From an uncultured Methanosarcinales archaeon (GTDB lineage Archaea > Nanobdellota > Nanobdellia > Woesearchaeales > GW2011-AR4): DNA of 64,000 bases. The translations under genes were made by a program, and so were the position numbers. Every line of letters begins with the position of its first letter. Positions within the stretch are counted from its first letter, which is position 1. This document shows, piece after piece, positions 1 through 8,224 of the stretch. The stretch covers positions 8,079 to 72,078 of the forward strand of contig CAYNCK010000024.1 of the NCBI GenBank assembly GCA_964396095.1, written 5' to 3'. Under the pieces are notes generated by a model that worked only from the letters and a program-made list of their open reading frames with translations, ran no database searches and was not told the DNA's origin.

Positions 1-2
1 CA

Positions 3-548
3 TTGTCGAAAAAACTAGCCAATAAGTGTGATTTATATTATCTGGATGTCAATAAATTTGTGTCTCAAAAAAGATTGTATGAAGGCTACGATAAAAAAAG
101 AAAATCCAAGATTGTTGATATCAAGAAATTGAACAGGGGTTTACTTCAATTCATAAATTATTTTAAAAAGAATGATGGTAAAATAAGATTATTGGATTTG
201 CGCCAATTGTCAAGCGCGAGAAGCACTGCCACATCAAGTTTGTCGAAACTGCCAGGAAAAATATTTTTCAATAAAAAATACTATGGAATAATCATAGACT
301 CGCACCTTTCCCATTATCTTCTAAGAAAATATGTTAATTTATGCATAATTACAAAATGCGATATTACGGAATTAAACAAAAGGCTAAAGAACAAGAAATT
401 CAGTAAAAATAAAATAAAGGAAAACATCCAGTCAGAGATATTTGACATATGCCTGAATGAATCCAGGCAAAGAAAGCATAAAATCATTGTCGTAGACACA
501 ACAAAAGATTTTAAAATAAGCGCAATAGTCAGAAAAATGGGTGTGTAA
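3..548 (+). CDS. Fap7/AK6-type adenylate kinase-like NTPase, 5' end cut by window edge
   Basis: The frame is open from the window edge, so the P-loop is expected upstream. LYEGYDKKRKSKIVDIKKL, GIIIDSHLSH and CDITELNKRLKNKKFSKNKIKENIQSEIFDICLNES follow the Fap7/AK6 layout, with a ~25-aa insertion. Confidence 0.55.
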   Translation: MSKKLANKCDLYYLDVNKFVSQKRLYEGYDKKRKSKIVDIKKLNRGLLQFINYFKKNDGKIRLLDLRQLSSARSTATSSLSKLPGKIFFNKKYYGIIIDSHLSHYLLRKYVNLCIITKCDITELNKRLKNKKFSKNKIKENIQSEIFDICLNESRQRKHKIIVVDTTKDFKISAIVRKMGV

Positions 549-549
549 T

Positions 550-1698
550 ATGCTGTCACAAAGGGTTAAAAACATCGCGCCGAGCGCTACTCTGTCGATA
601 GATGCAAAAGCAAAGCAGCTTAGGAATGACGGAAAAGACGTTGTTATATTCGGCGCAGGGGAGCCTGATTTTAATACTCCTGAAAATGTAAAGCGGGCTG
701 CTAAGAAAGCAATTGACGACAATATTACAAGATATACTCCTGTAGGGGGAATGCCGGAGCTGAAGAATGCAGTTGCCGACAAATTCAAAAAATACAACAA
801 AATCATCTATGATACTTCTGAAATACTCATAAGCTGCGGTGGGAAGCACTCGCTGTACAACATAGCAATGGCTGTCCTCGACAAGGGTGATGAATGCATT
901 TTGCCTGTTCCTTACTGGGTTAGCTACGAGGAGATGATAAAGCTAGCAGAAGCAAAAGTCGTTCTTTGTGATACAGATAGCAAATTTAAATTGACTGCGG
1001 AAAATGTTGAGCAAAAAATAACCAAAAATACCAAGATGCTGATACTCAACAGCCCGAGCAACCCGGCAGGAGCTGTAGTGGATCCTTCTGAAATAAGAAA
1101 AATAGCAAAGCTTGCTGTTGAAAACAATTTTTATGTTGTTTCAGATGAAGTCTATGAGTTTTTTGTTTACGGTAGGGAGCACTTAAGCATTGGGTCGTTG
1201 AATGACGAGATTAGAAATTTGACAATAACTGCAAATTCTGTCTCAAAAACCTATGCAATGACAGGCTGGCGCATAGGCTACTGCGGGGCAAATAAAGAAA
1301 TAATAAGGGCCATGGACAACCTTCAAAGCCACTCGACAAGCAACCCCAGCAACATAGCACAAATGGCGGCAATTGAGGCATTGAGCGGTCCCCAAGACAG
1401 CGTGCAACAGATGGTCAGGGAATTTGACGAGAGAAGAATATTCATGCACAAAAGGCTTAATGAGATTGACGGAATTTCTTGCGTTGAACCTGAGGGCGCA
1501 TTTTACGCTTTTCCAAATATAAGCGAAACTGGGTTTACTTCAATTGAATTTGCATCAAGATTGCTTGACGAGGCTCTTGTTGCTGTTGTGCCTGGAATGG
1601 CATTCGGCTATGACAAGTGCATAAGGCTCAGCTACGCAACATCTATCAAGGAAATAGAAAGAGGGATTGACAGGATTGAAAAATGGCTGAAGAAATGA
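550..1698 (+). CDS. aspC: Aspartate aminotransferase (class I PLP-dependent aminotransferase)
   Basis: Motifs NSPSNPAGAV, SVSKTYAMTGWRIGY (PLP lysine context) and IRLSYATS; ~383 aa. ATG at 550 is preferred over GTG at 541; it lies 2 nt after the upstream stop. Confidence 0.85.
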   Translation: MLSQRVKNIAPSATLSIDAKAKQLRNDGKDVVIFGAGEPDFNTPENVKRAAKKAIDDNITRYTPVGGMPELKNAVADKFKKYNKIIYDTSEILISCGGKHSLYNIAMAVLDKGDECILPVPYWVSYEEMIKLAEAKVVLCDTDSKFKLTAENVEQKITKNTKMLILNSPSNPAGAVVDPSEIRKIAKLAVENNFYVVSDEVYEFFVYGREHLSIGSLNDEIRNLTITANSVSKTYAMTGWRIGYCGANKEIIRAMDNLQSHSTSNPSNIAQMAAIEALSGPQDSVQQMVREFDERRIFMHKRLNEIDGISCVEPEGAFYAFPNISETGFTSIEFASRLLDEALVAVVPGMAFGYDKCIRLSYATSIKEIERGIDRIEKWLKK

Positions 1699-2063
1699 AA
1701 ATAAAAATATTCTGCAATGATATTGGATCAGAGGCGGAGCTTGAGGACAGCGAGACAGCTAGATACATCTACAGCATGCTGCCTCTTGACGGTGCTGCGA
1801 ACAGATGGGGGGATGAAATTTATTTTGTCATTCCGGTAAGGCTTGAAGCAGAAAAGGATGCAACAGAAGTTGTTGAAAAAGGCGACATAGCTTACTGGCC
1901 GGAAGGGTGCTGCTTCTGCATTTTTTTTGGAAAAACCCCTGATTCAACAGAGACAGAAATAAAAGCAGCATCAAAAGTGAATATTTTCGGCAAGGTCAGG
2001 GGCGACCTGTCGGTTTTTAAAAAAATTAACAACGGAGACTTGATTATTGTCGAGCAGGCATGA
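1683..2063 (+). CDS. Cyclophilin-like fold protein (TM1367/DUF369-like)
   Basis: ANRWGDEIYF and GDIAYWPEGCCFCIFFGKTP are the family hallmarks as I recall them; 126 aa. An alternative ATG at 1695 forms an ATGA overlap with the aspC stop. Confidence 0.7.
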   Translation: MAEEMKIKIFCNDIGSEAELEDSETARYIYSMLPLDGAANRWGDEIYFVIPVRLEAEKDATEVVEKGDIAYWPEGCCFCIFFGKTPDSTETEIKAASKVNIFGKVRGDLSVFKKINNGDLIIVEQA

Positions 2064-3172
2064 AAAAACAGCTTTCTTCTGTAGACTTGCATTATCTTGT
2101 AAACGAGCTTGAGGTATTGAAAGACTCAAAGATAGATAAAATCTACCAGCCCGAGAAAGAAATAATAATTTTTGGATTCTACAAGACAAATTCAGGTAAA
2201 AAGTTTCTCAGGATTAACGTAGGCCAGTCTGCCTGCATTGTAGAGGAAAAAGAAGCAGGTGAAACCCTCGGCTTTGGCATGTTCCTAAGAAAGCATCTTG
2301 AAGGATTTTTTTTATCTGATATTGGGCAAATTAATCCCGAGAGAATCATCAAGATATCGTTCAGTATAAAAGACGAGAAAAAATATCTTTACCTAGAATT
2401 TTTTGGCAGGGGAAATGCGATACTTTGCGACGGGCATAATGTCATCCTTAATGCCCTGGAGCATCATGAGTTCAGGGAGAGGGTTGTCAAGCCTAGGCTT
2501 AAGTATGTTTATCCTGTCATGAATTATAATATTTTTGATTTAAATGAAAATGATTTGATTAAAATATTTACTAATTCAAAAAAGGAAAGCCTTGTGACAG
2601 CATTGGCAACAGAGCTCGGGCTTGGCGGGTTATATTCTGAAGAGGTATGCCTGCTTTCCAATGTGGATAAAAACATTAATCCAAAAAATATAGGGGAGAA
2701 GCAAACCAATCCGATAAAAAATTCAATTAAAAAAATAATAACTCATAAAATTGAGCCATTATGTATTTTTGAAGATGCCAAAATTATAGACTTTACGCCT
2801 TTTGGATTGAAATTTTATTCTGATGAAAGATACCAAAAGCAGGGATTTTCTACATTCAGCGAAGCAGTTTCATTCTTCTATTCCCATTTCAAAGAGGAAA
2901 AGGAAACGGAATTCGACAAAAAGCAAAAATCACTGCAGCACATTATAGAGCAGCAAAAATCAGCCGTTGAACAATTAAAAAATGAGGAAAGGGATTTTAG
3001 GCATAAAGGCGAGATTGTTTATCACAATTACAACACCATAAAGGAGATACTTGACGAAATCAACAAAGCATCTAAGAAATATTCGTGGAAAGAAATTAAA
3101 GAAAAATTAAAAGGGCATAAAATGATAATGGAGATTAATGAGAAGGATAGGGAGGTTGTTGTGGAGATATGA
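2060..3172 (+). CDS. NFACT-N domain protein (RqcH/Rqc2/FbpA-like), lacking the C-terminal NFACT-R/C half
   Basis: The N-terminus (LSSVDLHYLVNELEVLKDSKIDKIYQP ... FLRKHLEG ... INPERIIKISF ... LEFFGRGNAILCD) matches the NFACT-N pattern. It is followed by a coiled-coil-like region and ends at 370 aa. ATGA overlaps occur at both ends. Confidence 0.7.
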   Translation: MKKQLSSVDLHYLVNELEVLKDSKIDKIYQPEKEIIIFGFYKTNSGKKFLRINVGQSACIVEEKEAGETLGFGMFLRKHLEGFFLSDIGQINPERIIKISFSIKDEKKYLYLEFFGRGNAILCDGHNVILNALEHHEFRERVVKPRLKYVYPVMNYNIFDLNENDLIKIFTNSKKESLVTALATELGLGGLYSEEVCLLSNVDKNINPKNIGEKQTNPIKNSIKKIITHKIEPLCIFEDAKIIDFTPFGLKFYSDERYQKQGFSTFSEAVSFFYSHFKEEKETEFDKKQKSLQHIIEQQKSAVEQLKNEERDFRHKGEIVYHNYNTIKEILDEINKASKKYSWKEIKEKLKGHKMIMEINEKDREVVVEI

Positions 3173-3588
3173 AAATTAAAATTTTTGTCTGGGCGCTGCT
3201 ATGGGTAGTTCCATTTTGTCTTCTCAGTTGCATTGTTTTTTTAGTAAGAATTTTTGATAATCAATATGATAAGAAACATTTAATTCCATTAGGTAAATTT
3301 TTACAGGAAAAACATGGGCTAAGCTCAAAAAAAATTATTTTTAAAATATCTAAAAAGGGTTCTGGTACTAATGTTGTAATATATAATAAAAAATATGCCG
3401 TATATGTTAAAATTGTTAAATCCAGAATATTGATACATGAATTAGAGCATATAAGAAATGGCAGTGCTGATGAGGCATTTAAGCTAATTCCCAAATTAAC
3501 GCCAATTTTTACAATTTTATTCAAAATACCAAAAGAAATAAAATCATTTTTAAAAGAATTAACATTTTGGCCTGAAATAAAAATTTAA
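3169..3588 (+). CDS. Small membrane-anchored protein with HExxH motif (putative metallopeptidase-like)
   Basis: N-terminal hydrophobic helix (IFVWALLWVVPFCLLSCIVFLV) and the ILIHELEHIRNG motif. Translationally coupled (ATGA) to the NFACT gene. No other recognisable motif. Confidence 0.35.
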   Translation: MKIKIFVWALLWVVPFCLLSCIVFLVRIFDNQYDKKHLIPLGKFLQEKHGLSSKKIIFKISKKGSGTNVVIYNKKYAVYVKIVKSRILIHELEHIRNGSADEAFKLIPKLTPIFTILFKIPKEIKSFLKELTFWPEIKI

Positions 3589-3642
3589 CCTGAAAATCTT
3601 TTTTACCGCAACCTTTTTAAACCGTTTATTCTTCCAAAGTAC

Positions 3643-3756
3643 TGGACGGCCATAGGGGCTTGGTTCCATCCGTTCCCATCTCGAACACGGCAATTAAGCA
3701 AGCCTCCGTTTCTGTGTGTACTGCACTTACGTGTGGGAAATCAGAAAAGCTGTCCA
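3643..3756 (+). rRNA. rrf: 5S ribosomal RNA (archaeal type), not linked to 16S/23S in this window
   Basis: GGACGGCCATAGGGGC...CCGTTCCCATCTCGAACACGGCAATTAAGC...GTACTGCACTTACGTGTGGGAAA...GCTGTCC. Conserved loop C and loop E-like segments are present. The terminal helix GGACGGC/GCTGTCC pairs with one G-U. A T-rich tract follows. The ends are approximate (+/- 3 nt). Confidence 0.9.
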
Positions 3757-3763
3757 CCTTTTC

Positions 3764-3888
3764 TTTAATTGTTAGGAATTTCCCATCGCTTGTGATGATT
3801 GGGTTTTTGAAAACCAATATGCTAAAATTTTAAGGGAATTCATAACTTTAAAAATACCCCGCCCTTGGGGCGATTGGGATTTTTATTT
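3764..3888 (+). repeat. Copy A of a ~125-nt structured intergenic repeat (long hairpin + GC hairpin/T-tract)
   Basis: Aligns over its whole length with 32252-32376 in the same orientation. Arms GTTAGGAATTTCCC / GGGAATTCATAAC enclose two small hairpins. Then CGCCC-TTG-GGGCG is followed by GATTTTTATTTT, which is terminator-like. It starts 8 nt after the 5S rRNA. Confidence 0.6.
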
Positions 3889-3987
3889 TATTGTTAATTT
3901 TAATGCAATTTATCTTTTGAATTTTATTTGGCGTGGCCAATTGTCACAGGCAGGGGGATTCATAACATTTAATTCTTTAGAATAAAT

Positions 3988-4788
3988 TTATCTCAACTTT
4001 TCCAAATCTTTCTTTGAATGAATGTGCACTTCTTTCTCAGAGCTCAAATGCCCGTTCAGCAGACCTTTCTTCGCCAATTCAGGAAATACGTTAAATTCAA
4101 GGCTTTCCCCTGAATACTCGAATATCTGGGGCTCTGTGACGAATATAGGCGAGAAAACAAGGTAGATGTCTGATTTCTTTGGCTTTTGGGTGAACGAAAG
4201 CACTTTGTTCCCTTCAACCCTGACAGTCCCCTTTTCGCTTGGCTTTGATGATGTGGTAAGCATTATTGTTGCTGTGGCGCTCTGCTTTATGTGGTCATTC
4301 CACAATTCATCTATGCTTATTTTGCCAAAAATAATGTCCCCATAAACAACAAGAAAATTAGTGCTGACTTTGCCTTTCAAATGCCTCAGAGAATCTGCTG
4401 TCCCATTGGATGATCTCTCTTCTATATAACTTATTTTAACTCCCCGGTCAGTTCCATCTTTCAGCACCTCAAATAATTTCGTCAGCAAATTATGCCTTGC
4501 AACAACAAATATTGTCTTAAAATTATTCTCCCTTAGCTTTTTAATAGCCAGCCCTATCACGCTGGAATTTTTAATTCTTGCAGTGCACATATACTCATTT
4601 CTTGAAATCCTGAGCTTTTCTTCACTGCCGCCGAGAAGGATGACTGCAGTCTTATTTTCCCCAAGAGCATTCTTCACAAGATGCTCTATTACCTGCGACC
4701 TGTTCCTTATGTATATGTTGTCTACTATTGAGTCTATATCATCAAGGATTTTCTCGTTTATTGTTATTGATATTTTGGTTTTTGCCAT
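3988..4788 (-). CDS. Ribbon-helix-helix (CopG-like) domain fused to a sugar-nucleotidyltransferase-like domain with degenerate catalytic signature
   Basis: The N-terminus KISITINEKILDDIDSIVDNIYIRNRSQVIEHLVKNAL is RHH-like. The remainder follows the NTP_transferase layout (VILLGG..., ISYIEERSSNGTADSL, FLVVYGDIIF). However GGSEEKLR replaces the canonical GGxGTRL. Confidence 0.6.
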   Translation of the reverse strand: MAKTKISITINEKILDDIDSIVDNIYIRNRSQVIEHLVKNALGENKTAVILLGGSEEKLRISRNEYMCTARIKNSSVIGLAIKKLRENNFKTIFVVARHNLLTKLFEVLKDGTDRGVKISYIEERSSNGTADSLRHLKGKVSTNFLVVYGDIIFGKISIDELWNDHIKQSATATIMLTTSSKPSEKGTVRVEGNKVLSFTQKPKKSDIYLVFSPIFVTEPQIFEYSGESLEFNVFPELAKKGLLNGHLSSEKEVHIHSKKDLEKLR

Positions 4789-4813
4789 TTTCTATTGTTT
4801 TATATTTTTACTT

Positions 4814-5146
4814 TTAGCGCATTTTAAATTCCCTTACTATGTGGTGTTTTTCTAACAAATATTTTCTAATTTTTTGGCGCCGCAAATGACCTTTATGCCC
4901 TTTTTGCTTTATTGTAATGTGACTTGCGCTAATAGCCATTCTAAATAATTCGCTTTTAGCTGGGTTACGCTGATATTTACGCCTGAATTTGTTGATCAAT
5001 TTATTGAATTTTCTATCTGCCTTGAGTCTTATCCTTATGGAAAGAAATATTTGCTTTTGTAGTATTTTTAGTATGGACTTTATTATGATATATGAGCCTA
5101 CTATTAATCCTAAAATTAATAATAAATTCTGTGTAGTGTACTCCAT
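4814..5146 (-). CDS. Small basic protein with N-terminal transmembrane helix, unknown function
   Basis: LLLILGLIVGSYIIIKSIL is followed by a Lys/Arg-rich tail. Same strand as the RHH fusion gene and immediately upstream of it. No recognisable motif. Confidence 0.35.
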   Translation of the reverse strand: MEYTTQNLLLILGLIVGSYIIIKSILKILQKQIFLSIRIRLKADRKFNKLINKFRRKYQRNPAKSELFRMAISASHITIKQKGHKGHLRRQKIRKYLLEKHHIVREFKMR

Positions 5147-5208
5147 TTCAATAATTAATCATTCTTAATATTAAACTTCTTTAGTGTATCCACGGAATTA
5201 TTAGGTAC

Positions 5209-5225
5209 GATAAAGTAGGATAAAG
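5209..5225. promoter_or_regulatory. Direct repeat GATAAAG-N3-GATAAAG abutting the TATA-like box of the ugd operon
   Basis: GATAAAG occurs at 5209-5215 and 5219-5225 (10-bp register). The TATA-like ATATTTAAATAT at 5231-5242 lies ~20 nt before ATG 5262. The site is in the divergent intergenic region shared with the RHH-fusion operon. Weak statistically in AT-rich DNA. Confidence 0.25.
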
Positions 5226-5261
5226 GTAAGATATTTAAATATATTTCTATTTTCAGGCATT

Positions 5262-6563
5262 ATGAAAATCGCAGTTGCTGGTGCAGGCTATGTGGGGTTG
5301 GTGACAGGAGCGTGCTTTGCAGAGCTCGGCAATGATGTTGTATGCGTTGACATAGATGAGTCCAAGATAAAAAAGCTCAACCATGGGCAAATTCCTATCT
5401 ATGAGCCCGGATTGCACGAGATGATTACAAGAAACTTAAAAGAAAAAAGACTAGTCTTCACCACAGACTTAAAGATTGCAGTAAAGAATTCTGAAATGAT
5501 ATTTATTTGCGTAGGGACACCTCCAAAGGAAAACGGAGAGGCCGATTTGAGCCATGTTGAGGATGTCGCAAGGACTATAGCTGAGGTAATGGACTCCTAC
5601 AAGGTTATTGTTGAAAAAAGCACAGTTCCTGTCGAGACCGGCAGCAAGGTTGCTAAATCAATTAGGGATTACAACATCCACAAGGTCGATTTTGACGTTG
5701 TGAGCAACCCGGAATTTTTGAGGGAAGGCAGCGCCGTAACAGATTTCATGCATCCTGACAGGATTGTCATAGGATGCGAAAGCGAAAAAGCAAAGGAAAT
5801 CATGCAAAGGCTTTACGCGCCCCTGAAAGCGCCTATTCTTTTCACTGATATAAAAAGCGCTGAGATAATAAAGCATGCCTCCAATTCGTTTCTTGCTGCA
5901 AAAATCTCATTCATCAATGCAATTGCAAGCATATGCGAGCTTGCCGGAGCTGACGTCGAGAAAGTCGCTGAAGGGATGGGGCTTGACAAGCGAATCGGAA
6001 GAAGCTTCCTTAATGCAGGAATTGGATACGGGGGTTTTTGCTTTCCAAAGGACGCAGAGGCCTTCATCAAGATATCTGAAAAGCTTGGATATGATTTTAG
6101 GCTTCTCAAGGCTGTGCAGGAAATAAACCAAAGCCAGAAAAAACATTTTGTAAAAAAAATAGAAAAGGCATTATGGGTTGTAAAAGGAAAAACAATTGGA
6201 ATTCTCGGGCTTGCATTCAAGCCAAATACAGACGACATGAGATTTGCCCCTTCAATTGAAATCATAAAAGAGCTTCAAAAAGAAGGCGCAAAAATAAATG
6301 CATACGATCCTAAGGCCTCTGAAAGGGCAAAGGAAATTTTCAATGATATAAATTATTACAGCAATCCTTATGAGGCTGCGAAAAATGCAGATGCCTTGGT
6401 TATCATAACAGAATGGCCGGAATTCATCAAGCTTGACATGAAAAAACTGAAGTCAGTGATGAGAAATCCTCTGGTGATAGACGGCAGGAACATGTACAAT
6501 CCTGAGGAGCTTAAAAAAGAAGGATTCAAATACATCAGCATCGGCAGAAAGGACGTGGCTTGA
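5262..6563 (+). CDS. ugd: UDP-glucose 6-dehydrogenase
   Basis: MKIAVAGAGYVGLVTGACFAELGN (Rossmann fold), NPEFLREGSA and GGFCFPKD (catalytic Cys context); 433 aa. Confidence 0.9.
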   Translation: MKIAVAGAGYVGLVTGACFAELGNDVVCVDIDESKIKKLNHGQIPIYEPGLHEMITRNLKEKRLVFTTDLKIAVKNSEMIFICVGTPPKENGEADLSHVEDVARTIAEVMDSYKVIVEKSTVPVETGSKVAKSIRDYNIHKVDFDVVSNPEFLREGSAVTDFMHPDRIVIGCESEKAKEIMQRLYAPLKAPILFTDIKSAEIIKHASNSFLAAKISFINAIASICELAGADVEKVAEGMGLDKRIGRSFLNAGIGYGGFCFPKDAEAFIKISEKLGYDFRLLKAVQEINQSQKKHFVKKIEKALWVVKGKTIGILGLAFKPNTDDMRFAPSIEIIKELQKEGAKINAYDPKASERAKEIFNDINYYSNPYEAAKNADALVIITEWPEFIKLDMKKLKSVMRNPLVIDGRNMYNPEELKKEGFKYISIGRKDVA

Positions 6564-7298
6564 ATGGATGCAATAATATTGGCGGCAGGCTATGCAACAA
6601 GGCTTTACCCTCTTACAGAAAACACCCCAAAGCCGCTGCTAATCGTGGCCGGCAAGCCGATTATAGAGCACATCATATCAAAGCTTGACGGCATAGCTGC
6701 AATAAGCACAGTCTATATTGTGACAAACGGCAAATTTGAAAATAATTTCAAAAAATGGCTGAATGATTTTGATGCACAAAAACCAATAGAGATAATATGC
6801 GACGGCACAAACAGCAACGAGGACAGGCTTGGGGCTCTTGGCGACATCAACCATGTTATAAATTTAAAGAATATAGATGGCGAGCTTCTTATTGTTGCAG
6901 GCGACAATCTTTTTGAGCTGTCATTAATGGATGTTGTTAATTACTTTAAAAAAAGAAACTCCAATGTAATAGTTTTGCATGACGTAAAAGATAGTGAATT
7001 GGCAAAGCACTACGGAATTGTCGAAACAAGCGGCGATCTTGTAATCAACTTCGAAGAGAAGCCGCAATCGCCAAAATCTACCCTTGCATCAACAGGAATA
7101 TATTTATTTCCAAACAAAACAATTGAGCTTATAAAGAAATACATTGCACAAGGCAATAATCCTGACAAGACAGGGAGCTTTATAGAATGGCTTCACAAAA
7201 GGGAAAAGGTATATTCATTCGTTACTGATAGGAAATGGTATGACATCGGAAATTTTGAGCAGCTTGAAAGCGCAAACAGGGATTACAAAGTGAAATGA
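6564..7298 (+). CDS. Sugar-1-phosphate nucleotidyltransferase (UDP-/dTDP-glucose pyrophosphorylase-like)
   Basis: [26 protein letters not shown] signature and LIVAGDNLF. The start abuts the ugd stop. Confidence 0.8.
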   Translation: MDAIILAAGYATRLYPLTENTPKPLLIVAGKPIIEHIISKLDGIAAISTVYIVTNGKFENNFKKWLNDFDAQKPIEIICDGTNSNEDRLGALGDINHVINLKNIDGELLIVAGDNLFELSLMDVVNYFKKRNSNVIVLHDVKDSELAKHYGIVETSGDLVINFEEKPQSPKSTLASTGIYLFPNKTIELIKKYIAQGNNPDKTGSFIEWLHKREKVYSFVTDRKWYDIGNFEQLESANRDYKVK

Positions 7299-8224
7299 AA
7301 AAAATTCTAGTGACAGGGGGGGCTGGCTTTATCGGAAGCCATCTGTGTGAATTTCTTTTGGAAAAAGGGTACAAAGTCATTGCAATGGACAATCTCATTA
7401 CAGGCAGCATAAAAAACATTGAGCGCCTCAGAAGCAGCGGTAATTTTGAATTTATACATCAGGATGTAAGCAAGCACATTGTTGTCAATGATGGCTTGGA
7501 TTTTGTGCTGCATTTTGCCTCTCCTGCAAGCCCGATTGACTACCAGAAAATCCCTATACAAACCTTGAAGGTGGGGAGCCTCGGCACTCACAATACTCTT
7601 GGACTTGCTCTTGCAAAAAATGCAAAATACCTTCTTGCATCAACATCGGAAGTTTATGGCGATCCATTGGTAAATCCCCAGCCTGAAAGCTACTGGGGCA
7701 ATGTCAATCCGATTGGACTGAGGGGATGTTATGATGAAGCTAAGAGATTTTCAGAGGCACTAACAATGGCTTACCATAGGATTCATGGGCTCGACACAAA
7801 AATAGTTAGAATATTCAATACTTACGGCCCGAGGATGAGAAAAGACGATGGAAGGGTTGTCCCGAATTTCATAGAGCAGGCCTTGAAAAATCTTCCAATG
7901 ACTGTTTATGGAGACGGAAATCAGACAAGAAGCTTCTGCTATGTAAGCGACTTAGTTGAAGGAATTTACAGGCTTATGCTTTCGGATACTAACGAGCCTG
8001 TCAATATTGGCAATCCGGAGGAAAGAACAATTCTTGAATTTGCAGAGTTAATAAAAAAACTTACCAACACAAAAAGCAAAATAGTTTTTGAGCCACTGCC
8101 TGTTGATGATCCGCATGTAAGGTGCCCAGACATATCAAGGGCAAAAAAAGAGCTTAAGTGGAATGCAGGGGTTGATATCGAAGAAGGGCTGAAAAAGACG
8201 ATTGAATGGTTTAAGTCAAATTAA
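7295..8224 (+). CDS. uxs: UDP-glucuronate decarboxylase (UDP-xylose synthase)
   Basis: [23 protein letters not shown], the YDEAKR catalytic Tyr/Lys motif and [11 protein letters not shown]; 309 aa. ATGA overlap with the upstream gene. Confidence 0.85.
   Translation: MKKILVTGGAGFIGSHLCEFLLEKGYKVIAMDNLITGSIKNIERLRSSGNFEFIHQDVSKHIVVNDGLDFVLHFASPASPIDYQKIPIQTLKVGSLGTHNTLGLALAKNAKYLLASTSEVYGDPLVNPQPESYWGNVNPIGLRGCYDEAKRFSEALTMAYHRIHGLDTKIVRIFNTYGPRMRKDDGRVVPNFIEQALKNLPMTVYGDGNQTRSFCYVSDLVEGIYRLMLSDTNEPVNIGNPEERTILEFAELIKKLTNTKSKIVFEPLPVDDPHVRCPDISRAKKELKWNAGVDIEEGLKKTIEWFKSN

Noticed and set aside
3626-3817. 63-aa minus-strand ORF from the ORF track
   Set aside because: It overlaps the 5S rRNA gene and the start of the structured repeat. 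The sequence is far better explained as RNA.
3764-3888. The structured repeat as a C/D-box sRNA, tRNA-like element or simple MITE
   Set aside because: GTGATGA (C-box-like) is present only in copy A; copy B has GCGATGGA. No D box (CTGA) is in the right place and there is no cloverleaf. Sequence conservation extends beyond the 13-bp inverted arms on both sides, with no evident target-site duplication.
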